64,000 nucleotides of DNA from the IMG/VR virus record IMGVR_UViG_3300017987_005501. One strand, given 5' to 3'. A program made the position numbers and the translations under genes. The notes under the pieces were generated by a model, which was given only the letters and a program-made list of their open reading frames with translations, did not search any database and was not told the DNA's origin. Every line of letters begins with the position of its first letter. Within the stretch, counting starts at the first letter, position 1. This document shows positions 48,416-57,598 of the stretch, piece after piece. This DNA is from a virus. Lineage: Duplodnaviria; Caudoviricetes.

Positions 48416-49051
48416 ATGTTACAAACATTAACATCCCAAGCTGATGACCTAAAAATAAAGATTTCTAAAGTCGAGGGAGTAAAATCTCAATTAGTAAATC
48501 AAAGGTCAAAGCTTGATTTAGAAATAGAAACTTTAAAACAGGGGGCAGTTGTTAGAGAAAAAACTGTCTCTTTGTTTAAACAGCTTCTGGATAAGTTAAT
48601 CGACGAAAATGTAACTACCCTAAGTAAACTAGTTACGGAAGGTTTAAAAATCGTAATTCCAGACCAACAAGTTGAATTTAGTGCAACTATTGAACAGAAG
48701 AAAGACCTCTGGATTAGGTTTACTACTATAGAAAATGGGGTTGAAGGAGACGTGATTAACTCTTTTGGGGGAATGATAGTTGCTTTGGAATCATTTATTC
48801 TAAGAGTTTTGTGTATATTAAAGTTAAAATTGAAACGGATACTAATTTTGGATGAAGTATTTGCGCATGTTAGCACTGAATACCTAGAAAATACTTCATA
48901 CCTAATAAAGAAATTATGTGATGATTTTGGGATAGACCTATTATTAGTTACACATAAAAAGCAGTTATTAAAGTATGCGGATACCGTATATTATGCTAAA
49001 TCTGAGAATGAAAAAGGATTAAAAAGATTGGTTCTAGAAAAAGGAGAATGA
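48416..49051 (+). CDS. SbcC/Rad50 C-terminal half (coiled coil, signature, Walker B)
   Basis: SFGG signature-like motif, LILDEVFAHVS, LVTH. Confidence 0.85.
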   Translation: MLQTLTSQADDLKIKISKVEGVKSQLVNQRSKLDLEIETLKQGAVVREKTVSLFKQLLDKLIDENVTTLSKLVTEGLKIVIPDQQVEFSATIEQKKDLWIRFTTIENGVEGDVINSFGGMIVALESFILRVLCILKLKLKRILILDEVFAHVSTEYLENTSYLIKKLCDDFGIDLLLVTHKKQLLKYADTVYYAKSENEKGLKRLVLEKGE

Positions 49052-49518
49052 AAATGTCAACATTTGTAGCAGTAGATATTCAAAATGTCTTTTTCCACGC
49101 GAAGAAGCTAAAGAAAAGACTTAATTTTCAGAAGCTACACGAACTATTTCAGGAAGAAGAAGATTTATTAACTTGTAATGCTTATGTTGCGACAAGCCCA
49201 TTTACCGAAACAAGTTATCTAATTAACACCTTAAAAGGAATTGGTTTTAATGTAATAGCTTGCGAACAAAAAAAGGAAAGAAAGCACTTAAAATTTAATA
49301 ATAGATCTGTTGGAATTACCCTAGACGTTGTCCGAAATCAAGAACATTTTGATAAGCTAGTCGTTGTCACAATGGATGAAGGCATTGTTGATTTGTTAGA
49401 CCACCTTAGAGACGAAGGAATTAAAGTTGAGATTTGGTCTTTAACAAATAACGAAACCCTAAAAGACCATGCGGACGAATTTAATCTTTTTGAACAGGAG
49501 CACTACGTAAAACGTTAA
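49048..49518 (+). CDS. NYN/LabA (DUF88)-like protein with divergent catalytic motifs
   Basis: VAVDIQNVF at the N-terminus; LVVVTMDEG replaces LVSGDGDF; G.KVE. Confidence 0.65.
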   Translation: MKMSTFVAVDIQNVFFHAKKLKKRLNFQKLHELFQEEEDLLTCNAYVATSPFTETSYLINTLKGIGFNVIACEQKKERKHLKFNNRSVGITLDVVRNQEHFDKLVVVTMDEGIVDLLDHLRDEGIKVEIWSLTNNETLKDHADEFNLFEQEHYVKR

Positions 49519-49519
49519 A

Positions 49520-50239
49520 ATGCTGGCTAAAGAAAAAATAGTTCAAAGGATAGAGAAGCTTAAATTAAAGTACCTTAAAAAATATTATAAAAAATATTTT
49601 TCGAGAATTCCCGAGAACTGTAAATATAACCACCAGCAAAAGCAATTGCGTAAAACAACTGGGGAAGTTCTAATTGACCCTGACACGTTAAAACCAATTA
49701 CTGTTGGTTTATGTATGATGGGTTGTAATAAACCGGATGATTGGAAGGGCAGCTTCTGTATGTATAAAGAAACAGCAGAAAGCTGCCCTTTCTTTACCGA
49801 TAAATACAGTAAGACCCAAATCCGAAGTAAATTTGAGGAAGAGCTACGTAACCGTAATATACGGGCCGAAAAGTATAAAGACTTACATGAGTTGTATTTA
49901 ATAATAAAACCAGGGGAAGAAGACGAAGACCTCTTTAGAGTTGATAATCTTTTATCCGAAATAGATTCGTTACAAAACGAAGAGCTAACTGATTTAAGGG
50001 AAATGATAATAGCTGAGGTCAAGGCAAGGGACTTGGAACAAAAAGTTACTCCAAATTTTGATTTCCAATCTTTTTTTAATATAATAGAAACGGACGATCT
50101 TAGGAAATTAGCTCAACTAATTATATCTAGTCTTGAAAAAAGAGACGATTCAGATATAGACCAGCACCTTCTAAATAAAGATATCTGGAAAACGGAAGAT
50201 CCCGCCGAGGAAGATTCCCTTTTTGAAAACGGACTTTAA
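49520..50239 (+). CDS. Hypothetical protein with four Cys in the N-terminal half
   Basis: NCKYNH...LCMMGC...FC...ESCPFF. Confidence 0.7.
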   Translation: MLAKEKIVQRIEKLKLKYLKKYYKKYFSRIPENCKYNHQQKQLRKTTGEVLIDPDTLKPITVGLCMMGCNKPDDWKGSFCMYKETAESCPFFTDKYSKTQIRSKFEEELRNRNIRAEKYKDLHELYLIIKPGEEDEDLFRVDNLLSEIDSLQNEELTDLREMIIAEVKARDLEQKVTPNFDFQSFFNIIETDDLRKLAQLIISSLEKRDDSDIDQHLLNKDIWKTEDPAEEDSLFENGL

Positions 50240-50245
50240 ATCTAA

Positions 50246-50258
50246 TAATAATCTGTTA
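50246..50258 (+). promoter_or_regulatory. Conserved motif TAATAATCTGTTA
   Basis: 54 nt upstream of the start at 50312; the only plus-strand copy found. Confidence 0.6.
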
Positions 50259-50311
50259 CTAAATCGGATTTTTGATAAGCAACTTCTAGTTTCGTAGAAA
50301 AAGTCTGAGTT

Positions 50312-50827
50312 ATGGCAAAACAAGATATAATCGATACATCTGACGTAATTGTGAGGATTTGGGGTTATAGATACCCAGTTAGCCTCGGGGGGACTTTATT
50401 AAATCAATCCTGGAGAGGTGGCCAGTTTGTTACCTTTATTGATGACTGGACTGTTGATGTTGCGGATCCAATAAATTGGGAAGGGTTTTTAGTTAGAAGT
50501 TCCTTTGGAGAAGAAGGATGTATGCGCTTACAATCTTGGAACCCCCAGGTTACTAAGGGTATCCCAATGATTATTTATGGTTCCTATGATTTCATGTTTT
50601 ACGAAACAATGAGCGTAAATATGAGAAGGGCAGCACAAGGTTTACCTCCTTTAGGGCCCCCAGCACTTCCAGCACAAATACTAACCTATAATATTTCAGA
50701 TCCTGTTTATGTAAGTTTGAACGGATTATTAACAAACGAACAGGAGCTTCCTGGAGCGGAGAGAGCAGGAACTGCTGCTGCGCTTCCTGCTACAAATAGA
50801 GGTTATTTAGGATTTATATTCTCATAG
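50312..50827 (+). CDS. Probable virion (capsid decoration-like) protein
   Basis: Gly/Pro-rich beta-type composition unlike its neighbours; preceded by the structural-gene motif. Confidence 0.5.
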   Translation: MAKQDIIDTSDVIVRIWGYRYPVSLGGTLLNQSWRGGQFVTFIDDWTVDVADPINWEGFLVRSSFGEEGCMRLQSWNPQVTKGIPMIIYGSYDFMFYETMSVNMRRAAQGLPPLGPPALPAQILTYNISDPVYVSLNGLLTNEQELPGAERAGTAAALPATNRGYLGFIFS

Positions 50828-50836
50828 GATTCTTAA

Positions 50837-51157
50837 ATGTACGGATACTACGCAACAAAAAAACCAATTAAAGAAGTAGTCCGGGAATTAGAGAAAGACT
50901 TTAAAGGCCAATATCAAATAACGGCTACGCAGGTCTATGACTGGACAATTAAACACTACCCTTATAATGCATATCTTTTAGCCCCCGAAATAATTGGTTA
51001 CTTTTGGAGGTATGTTAAAAATCATAATATCAATGTTTTAGCTTCCACCAAATCTTCCAGGATTAAGAGTAGTATAATTAATAGACTAAATAAAATTAGT
51101 AAAGTTCTGGAAAGATTAAATGAGCACGCAAGAGAAAATAAAATCATTCATCGATAA
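50837..51157 (+). CDS. Hypothetical protein
   Basis: 106 aa. Confidence 0.65.
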   Translation: MYGYYATKKPIKEVVRELEKDFKGQYQITATQVYDWTIKHYPYNAYLLAPEIIGYFWRYVKNHNINVLASTKSSRIKSSIINRLNKISKVLERLNEHARENKIIHR

Positions 51158-51824
51158 AGCCCACCGCAAGCTTCTTAGATCCCAAGAAGCATTATCCTAC
51201 TTAGAAAAGCGTGGAGTTACTAAAGAGCAAATTGAGAGATATAAATTTGGTTTCTCTTTAACCAAAAAAATGGGTATCCCCGAATTTGATAAATGGTCTT
51301 TTAATGGGGATCGGTTAAAAAATCGCCTAATTTTCCCAATTAAAAATTCTCTAGGGGATTATAAAGCTTTTGGAACAAGGCTTAATAATAAAGATTCTGG
51401 GGGATACCAGTATTTTTATTTTGATAAGATAGAAGCAACCTTCTTTGGGATGGAAAACTTAAAATCTATTTGGGAAAAAGGGTACTGTTATATAACAGAA
51501 GGTATTTTTGATCACCTAGTTTTAGAACATTTATACGATAACTGTATTTGCCCTCTTACCGCAAACTTGAAACAAGGCAGACTTAAGTTTTTAAGTAGGT
51601 TTGCGGATACAATTATTTTTGCGTTTGATGCTGACAGTACCGGTATTGAGAAAATTAAGCAAATTTCTCAAAACGAGGACTTGAACCATTTAACCTTTTA
51701 TCAATTTTCAAACTACAGAAGTGTCGGGGAAAATGTTAAAGACTTAAATAACATATGGCAGGTACTCGGGGAGAGTAAATTTAAGGATTTTATCGAAAGA
51801 CAAAATGATTTATTTGTTTTTTAG
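51120..51824 (+). CDS. dnaG: DnaG-type primase catalytic core (no zinc-binding domain)
   Basis: YLEKRG, RL.FPI, AFGTR, ITEG.FD, FAFDAD..G, KDLN. Confidence 0.85.
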   Translation: MSTQEKIKSFIDKAHRKLLRSQEALSYLEKRGVTKEQIERYKFGFSLTKKMGIPEFDKWSFNGDRLKNRLIFPIKNSLGDYKAFGTRLNNKDSGGYQYFYFDKIEATFFGMENLKSIWEKGYCYITEGIFDHLVLEHLYDNCICPLTANLKQGRLKFLSRFADTIIFAFDADSTGIEKIKQISQNEDLNHLTFYQFSNYRSVGENVKDLNNIWQVLGESKFKDFIERQNDLFVF

Positions 51825-51896
51825 GGAAGTTTAAGCTCTTTTCATGTAAAATAATTACGGATACCTATATTCTACAATCGTTTAGAGATCTATATA

Positions 51897-52322
51897 ATGA
51901 CTATTGACGAAGTTTTCGAACTGCTCGGCATTAAAAAAACAAAAAGGATGTTAAAAGAAGCAAGAGATAATATTAAAACCTTAAACGATGACCTTTTTGA
52001 GCTTGAAAAACAGAAAAGGAAGGCAGCGTCTGAATTAAAAGCCAGAGAATTAATTATGAAGAGAGATATAGCGATGGAAATTGAACCAGGAACGCAAAAC
52101 AAGAAAGCTTTTACTAATGATTCATTGCGAGACGCAGAGTTTATTATGAGGTCAGCTGCTGATAAAAATATAGCAGACTTAAGAGATGAGCTCGACCTTT
52201 TAGTTGCAGGTATTTTTCAAAAAAAGATTTCTTTGCAAATTGAAGGGGAAGCTAATAAAGAATTACTTCTTGACTATAAAATGGCGATATCGCTAATTCC
52301 TTATCTGAATACAGAGGACTAG
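51897..52322 (+). CDS. Coiled-coil hypothetical protein
   Basis: 141 aa. Confidence 0.65.
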   Translation: MTIDEVFELLGIKKTKRMLKEARDNIKTLNDDLFELEKQKRKAASELKARELIMKRDIAMEIEPGTQNKKAFTNDSLRDAEFIMRSAADKNIADLRDELDLLVAGIFQKKISLQIEGEANKELLLDYKMAISLIPYLNTED

Positions 52323-52328
52323 TAACCC

Positions 52329-52748
52329 ATGATCATCAACCTTTTCGAAGATAAGATCGAAGAAATTTTAGATAAGCATAATGTTGCTGCTTCAAATTAT
52401 GATAAATTAAAAACGGACTTAGTAAATGCTTTTGTAGAAAGCCATTTAGCAACAAATAAACGACTTTCTACCCCTCCTAAGCACTTTCTTGAGTTTATGA
52501 AGAAAGAAAAGATAGAGAACCCCGATGTAATCTATAAAACTTTTTATAAGTGGGTTACAAAAACAGAAGAGGGTGAAAAATGGCTTTGTTCTACCCTCGG
52601 GGTCACTAGAGATGTTCTAACGGCAGATCTTGCTATTCAATATATGCAATCTGGTGGGAAAAAGGTCCATCTCAAACCATTACAGACTACAATTTATTAC
52701 CGTGGAAAACCTAAGCAAAAAACACGGAAAAAGAAAAAGAATACATAA
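52329..52748 (+). CDS. Hypothetical protein
   Basis: 139 aa with basic tail. Confidence 0.65.
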   Translation: MIINLFEDKIEEILDKHNVAASNYDKLKTDLVNAFVESHLATNKRLSTPPKHFLEFMKKEKIENPDVIYKTFYKWVTKTEEGEKWLCSTLGVTRDVLTADLAIQYMQSGGKKVHLKPLQTTIYYRGKPKQKTRKKKKNT

Positions 52749-53424
52749 AAAAAACTTTGAGAAGGGCACTCAAAACTTATTTTACTTTTTAAGGAATAGC
52801 GTTCTTGACGCGAACTTAAAATCGGCGAAGATGTTTTTAGGGCTTTTAAAGCAAAATTACAATATAAGCCCCTCATTGTTTAGAGAAAGTTTAGCCGATT
52901 GGCAAAAAGAGGAATTTGCAAAACTAAAAAAACAAGTCCTCGCTAATAACCTTCTAAATGAGATTAATATCCTTGAAGAAGAATATTGCAGTATTAAATC
53001 AGAAACAGACCCAATTCCAGAAAGAGAAATTCCAGATCTTTTACTTCAGGGGCAACTTAAAAGCCTAACCAAAGTACTGGGAATAGTCCAACCTAAGTGG
53101 GGTGGCAAAGAGATCCCTATTAATGTTGGAAATACCGGAAAGAATTATGTAGATTTAATTCTTGACGATTTAGGGGATGAAAGAAAAAGCAAATATATTA
53201 TAGAGATAAAAACTCATCGCGCTGATCACAACGTTATCGGGCAAATTAAAAAGTACGAGTTGTTTTACCAAAAAAAATTAATCTACCGGCTATGGCACAA
53301 TGTTATCCCCGTGGTAATTGCACATGGGTATGATAAAACTACAAGAACAGAACTTAAGAAACAAAACGTTCGGACCCTTATCTACGAATCCCCAAGAGAT
53401 AAAATTAGTTTTATGGAAGTTTAA
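52630..53424 (+). CDS. NucS/EndoMS-like PD-(D/E)XK endonuclease domain protein
   Basis: KEIP....YVDLI.....IIEIK...AD...IGQI..Y...V.PVVIA; true start probably later (GTG 52702 or ATG 52831). Confidence 0.65.
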   Translation: MLFNICNLVGKRSISNHYRLQFITVENLSKKHGKRKRIHKKNFEKGTQNLFYFLRNSVLDANLKSAKMFLGLLKQNYNISPSLFRESLADWQKEEFAKLKKQVLANNLLNEINILEEEYCSIKSETDPIPEREIPDLLLQGQLKSLTKVLGIVQPKWGGKEIPINVGNTGKNYVDLILDDLGDERKSKYIIEIKTHRADHNVIGQIKKYELFYQKKLIYRLWHNVIPVVIAHGYDKTTRTELKKQNVRTLIYESPRDKISFMEV

Positions 53425-53488
53425 AATTATGCTGGGGACAAAAGCAGTATAATAACTAATTACATGTTTGCTGTAAAGGAAACCTAGC

Positions 53489-54019
53489 ATGAAAGATTTA
53501 TCCAAAGCTAAATGGACCGATAGCGATAAGCGGAATTGGAAAGAAACTATCAAAAGTTTTTATAATATAGAACACGTAACTTCAATTCAAAAATATAATC
53601 CATCAGATACAATTTTCCTCACCCGTTGTTCCTCTGCCAAATCCGGAAAAGTCCGTGGGACCCCTTCCCAAATGTATTGGGGGGCTATTAATAAAAAGTT
53701 CTACCGTATGCTGGATAAGTTTGAGTTATACTACGGGGTATGTAGCGACTTTCTAGGGGTTGTTTTTAAGGACGAAGAATTTGATAACTATGATGTTCAT
53801 CCCGCCGATATTACAGACGAGGACAAGAGAAAACTTGGAGAAATAATTAGTACTAAAATAAAGGAAAAGGGCTTTAAAAATGCCTATTTCTTTAATACTA
53901 GCCCTCTTTTATCGAGGCCCTATTTTGAGATGCTATATTATTCACAAATTCCTGTAAAATATTTCTCGGATTTACAAATTGTTAGGGAAGCATTTGAAGT
54001 TGAAGATGATTTACTCTAG
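53489..54019 (+). CDS. DUF6884-like protein
   Basis: FLTRCSSAK...P..MY.G...V.S...G....D.YD matches my recollection of the DUF6884 pattern; needs HMM confirmation. Confidence 0.5.
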   Translation: MKDLSKAKWTDSDKRNWKETIKSFYNIEHVTSIQKYNPSDTIFLTRCSSAKSGKVRGTPSQMYWGAINKKFYRMLDKFELYYGVCSDFLGVVFKDEEFDNYDVHPADITDEDKRKLGEIISTKIKEKGFKNAYFFNTSPLLSRPYFEMLYYSQIPVKYFSDLQIVREAFEVEDDLL

Positions 54020-54028
54020 GAGGTAGTT

Positions 54029-55507
54029 ATGTGTTCCATTTTTGGATTTTTTAAACCGTCCGGTGCTATTGGGGACTCATTCGAAGAAAATGGCTTCAAA
54101 ATCCCCTGGAAAAGCTTATTCCATAAAATCACAGAAAATTCTAGCGAGAGAGGCAAGGATGCCTTCGGTTATGTCAAATTTGGAAGAGGCGCACCCATTG
54201 TAAATAAGTGGTCGTTGAAAAATTATTCAACACATCAAAAAGAAAATGCATACTACGGGTGGGGTGTTGACGAAGACTCGTGGGGACTTTTAGCAAATAA
54301 TAGGGCAGAACCAGAAACAGAATTCCAAAAAGATTTTCAGGAAAAGGATTTTCAACCTTTTACCAGCCCTACCCTTAGTGGAAATACTGTCCATGTTGTG
54401 CATAATGGGTTGGTAAGTAACGATGCAGAAATCCGGGAAAGATTAAAATTAAACCTTGACACGGAAACTGATTCAGCAGTTCTTCCCTATGTTTTTCGCC
54501 AAGCTACCTATTTTCAGGGATTTTTAAGGGATATTAAATACAAACTAAAAGGTAGCTATGCCCTTGCCGTATATAATACCCTAAGCCCAGACAAGCTCTT
54601 TCTCTATAGAGATTTCAACCCGTTAACTGTTCTATATAATAAACAAGAAAATGTATATATCTTTGCTTCCTTTGAAAAATACGTAAGAGAAGCTATTTCT
54701 AAATGCAAGGGAAACCAACTTAATTGGGCAACCATAGATATCCCTCCCTATTCTGGAGCTGTAATTTCTAAAAAAGGAATTGAAATAGCATCTATCGACT
54801 CCGTTGACGATTCTCAAAAGAAAGAACCGGTCCAAGAACTTTTCTTTGGAAAAAAGGCATTAATCGTAATGAGTGGGGGCCTTGATAGCGTTGTTGCTGC
54901 TATTATGATGAAAAATATGGGGTTTAAATTAGATTTCTTACATTTCTCCTACGAAGGGAGAGCACAGGAAAAAGAAATCTCTGCTGTTAAAGACCTAGCA
55001 GAACATTTTAATGCTAATCTTGAAATTTTCAAATTCGACCTATTTAAAAATTTAGGAGGAAGCAGCTTAGTTGACAGAAATATTGACTTAGCTGATGGGA
55101 AAGAGGGGGCGGAACATGCTAAAGATTGGATTCCCGCCCGAAATACTGTCTTTACCGCTATTGCCGCTGCATACGCAGATAGGTTTAAGTACGATGCCAT
55201 TGTCTTAGGATTAAATTTATCAGAGGGGATGACCTTCCCGGACAATACAACGGAATATTTTGAAACTTTCTCTAGGGTTCTCAGTCTCGGGACAATGCAA
55301 AGACCTAAAATTATTTGTCCCTTAAGTAATATGACTAAACATGAGTTAGTATTATACGGTATGAGAGAAGACCCAGATGCTATAAAACTTAGCTATAGTT
55401 GCTATACAGGAAACGATAAACACTGTGGCACATGTGCAAGCTGCTACCTTAGAAAAATTGCTTTCAAGATGAACAACTTAAACGATCCGGCTGATTTTGA
55501 GGATTAA
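54029..55507 (+). CDS. gat-queC: Glutamine amidotransferase class II-QueC fusion (Gat-QueC)
   Basis: N-terminal MCSIFG, NRAEP, VHNG, TDS; QueC part SGGLDS, PARN, SCY...HCGTCASC. Confidence 0.92.
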   Translation: MCSIFGFFKPSGAIGDSFEENGFKIPWKSLFHKITENSSERGKDAFGYVKFGRGAPIVNKWSLKNYSTHQKENAYYGWGVDEDSWGLLANNRAEPETEFQKDFQEKDFQPFTSPTLSGNTVHVVHNGLVSNDAEIRERLKLNLDTETDSAVLPYVFRQATYFQGFLRDIKYKLKGSYALAVYNTLSPDKLFLYRDFNPLTVLYNKQENVYIFASFEKYVREAISKCKGNQLNWATIDIPPYSGAVISKKGIEIASIDSVDDSQKKEPVQELFFGKKALIVMSGGLDSVVAAIMMKNMGFKLDFLHFSYEGRAQEKEISAVKDLAEHFNANLEIFKFDLFKNLGGSSLVDRNIDLADGKEGAEHAKDWIPARNTVFTAIAAAYADRFKYDAIVLGLNLSEGMTFPDNTTEYFETFSRVLSLGTMQRPKIICPLSNMTKHELVLYGMREDPDAIKLSYSCYTGNDKHCGTCASCYLRKIAFKMNNLNDPADFED

Positions 55508-55510
55508 ATT

Positions 55511-56731
55511 ATGACAGAGAAGAAACCAGAAAAGAAACAAAAACAACACGGAGTTGCCGAAGATATGAATACTCCACCGGAGCTAAGCGACACGAAGAAG
55601 CATACTCTTTATAAAACTTTGGAAGTCGCAAGAGAAAAAGTCACAACGGAAATTAAAGATAAATGTGAAGGGAAGAAGAAGTTCGTTATTTGGATTGCAC
55701 AAATCGACCCCGATGCCATTGGGTCCGCTATGGTTATTAGGTACTACCTAATGGTTTGCTTAAATATCGACCCTAGTTATATCCAAATTTATTATGGTGG
55801 GGCCGTTTCCCACGCACAAAACCGGTGCATCTTTAATATTTTCGAGTTAGATAATTTATTCCAGCGAATATCTTGCGAAGAAGTGCCTCATAAGGAAGAG
55901 GAGGAAATTTGGTTTTTAGTAGATTCTAACGACCTTAATGATTCCAGGTTTTCTGGCATGGACTTATCAGATATTGATATTATTATTGATCATCATAGGA
56001 TATCTGCTAAACAAAAAACCGAGGATAAAATTTATTTTATCGATTCAATTGGGTCTGCTTCAACTTTAACAGTTGAACTCTTGGAAACAGAATGTTCTGG
56101 TTTAGAAAATTTACCTTCTGATTCCGACCGAGAGAAAGTTTTAACCCTAGCATCAATTGGAATTCGAAATGACACAAACAACTTTACGTCAGCATTAACC
56201 CATACGAGGGACACAGAAGCACTTAATAAATTAATTCCTTTTATTGATAATGATTTAACAATCCAAGTTGAAAATTACCCCCTGGATAATAACTATTTCT
56301 CTATACTATCTAATGTCCTTGAAACAAGAAAAGTTAAAGGAATTAGAGCAATCGCCTCCGCTGGCTATATTTACGAGGAGGATGGGGACCAATTAGCAGA
56401 AGCTTGTAATCTGTTAATTCGGGAAGCCCGCGTTAGCATTGCTGTTGTTTGGGGGATTATTTTAGAAACGGGAAGGGTGCGACTTAGTATTCGAAGCAAA
56501 GATGTTTCTCTAAACCTTGATTCAAAATTAAAAGAGGTTTTCGAAGGAAAAGGAGGCGCAAAACAAACTAAGGGGGTTGCAGAAGGTGGAGTACATTTAG
56601 ATATGGGAGATTTCGTACCTTCTGGGCCACTTAAGGATGATGAGACGTATAAGGAATATTGGAGAAACATTATAGAGGCAAATATTACAGGTAAAATTTC
56701 ACTTATGTTAAAAGACAGTGGAGAAGATTAA
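55511..56731 (+). CDS. DHH/DHHA1 family phosphoesterase
   Basis: DPDAIGS, LVDS, IDHH, GSAST, GI.NDT, SIRS, GKGGA. Confidence 0.85.
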   Translation: MTEKKPEKKQKQHGVAEDMNTPPELSDTKKHTLYKTLEVAREKVTTEIKDKCEGKKKFVIWIAQIDPDAIGSAMVIRYYLMVCLNIDPSYIQIYYGGAVSHAQNRCIFNIFELDNLFQRISCEEVPHKEEEEIWFLVDSNDLNDSRFSGMDLSDIDIIIDHHRISAKQKTEDKIYFIDSIGSASTLTVELLETECSGLENLPSDSDREKVLTLASIGIRNDTNNFTSALTHTRDTEALNKLIPFIDNDLTIQVENYPLDNNYFSILSNVLETRKVKGIRAIASAGYIYEEDGDQLAEACNLLIREARVSIAVVWGIILETGRVRLSIRSKDVSLNLDSKLKEVFEGKGGAKQTKGVAEGGVHLDMGDFVPSGPLKDDETYKEYWRNIIEANITGKISLMLKDSGED

Positions 56732-57584
56732 AATGAATTTAAGATACTATGGTTTCCAGCCCGAAATTAAAGAATACGTTGATAATACGCTCCGCCCAGG
56801 GGTGTATAAGACAGAACTTCCCTATATAATTTCATTTATTGGGGAAGCTAACGTTTCAAAAGATGGTCTTTGTGACTTAGCCGACATCCATGGAAGCGAG
56901 GCTTTTATTGAAGGAAATATGCTTCATTTTATCGCAGAGTTCCCAGATAATATTTCGCCTCACGAAATGGTTTTATATCAAAGAAGATTTATTACTATTG
57001 TAAAACAAAAAATTGAGGGCTTAGGAGATATTAAACTAACACAAGGTGGGGACGATTTATATTATAAAGGAAGGAAACTAAGCGTATCAATTGTTGCTCC
57101 TTCGACTGTCGGCACCTATCTTATGCACGCAGCATTTAATATCACAAACAAGTGTAAGCTTAACATCTCTTGGCTGGACGAATTCATAGATACGGATTAT
57201 GAATCATTAGTTAACCTATCCTTGGATTTAATGGGACAATTTAAGAATGAACTAGATTCGATAAATTATGCTGTACATAAGGTTAAACCCATTTATCCAG
57301 ATGGGCATTTCCTTAACCTAGAAAAAGCAATTGAAAACGCAAGTTTTAGAGTTTCTAATTTACAAAAGATCATCAGAGACTTATATAAGGAAGTTACCTC
57401 AACCTTGCCTTACGAAGAAAAGAAAGATAAAGCCTTGGAGCTTATTAGTCTTTTTCCCCTAAATAAAACAGAGGAATTAAAAGAAGCTTTGTCCTGTTGT
57501 AATGATGATCGCCATTTAGTCGCTTTTGCAGAAGCACTAATTATTAAGCTGCTAAGAGAATCAAAAATCGTCTCTAACTATTAA
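56718..57584 (+). CDS. DUF366 family protein (class II aaRS/lipoate-ligase-like fold) with C-terminal extension
   Basis: LRP, I.SF.G...V, DL.D, MLHFI.E, YQR, GDDLY..GRKLSVSI, H...N. Confidence 0.75.
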   Translation: MEKIKMNLRYYGFQPEIKEYVDNTLRPGVYKTELPYIISFIGEANVSKDGLCDLADIHGSEAFIEGNMLHFIAEFPDNISPHEMVLYQRRFITIVKQKIEGLGDIKLTQGGDDLYYKGRKLSVSIVAPSTVGTYLMHAAFNITNKCKLNISWLDEFIDTDYESLVNLSLDLMGQFKNELDSINYAVHKVKPIYPDGHFLNLEKAIENASFRVSNLQKIIRDLYKEVTSTLPYEEKKDKALELISLFPLNKTEELKEALSCCNDDRHLVAFAEALIIKLLRESKIVSNY

Positions 57585-57598
57585 GAAGGGTAATTTAT

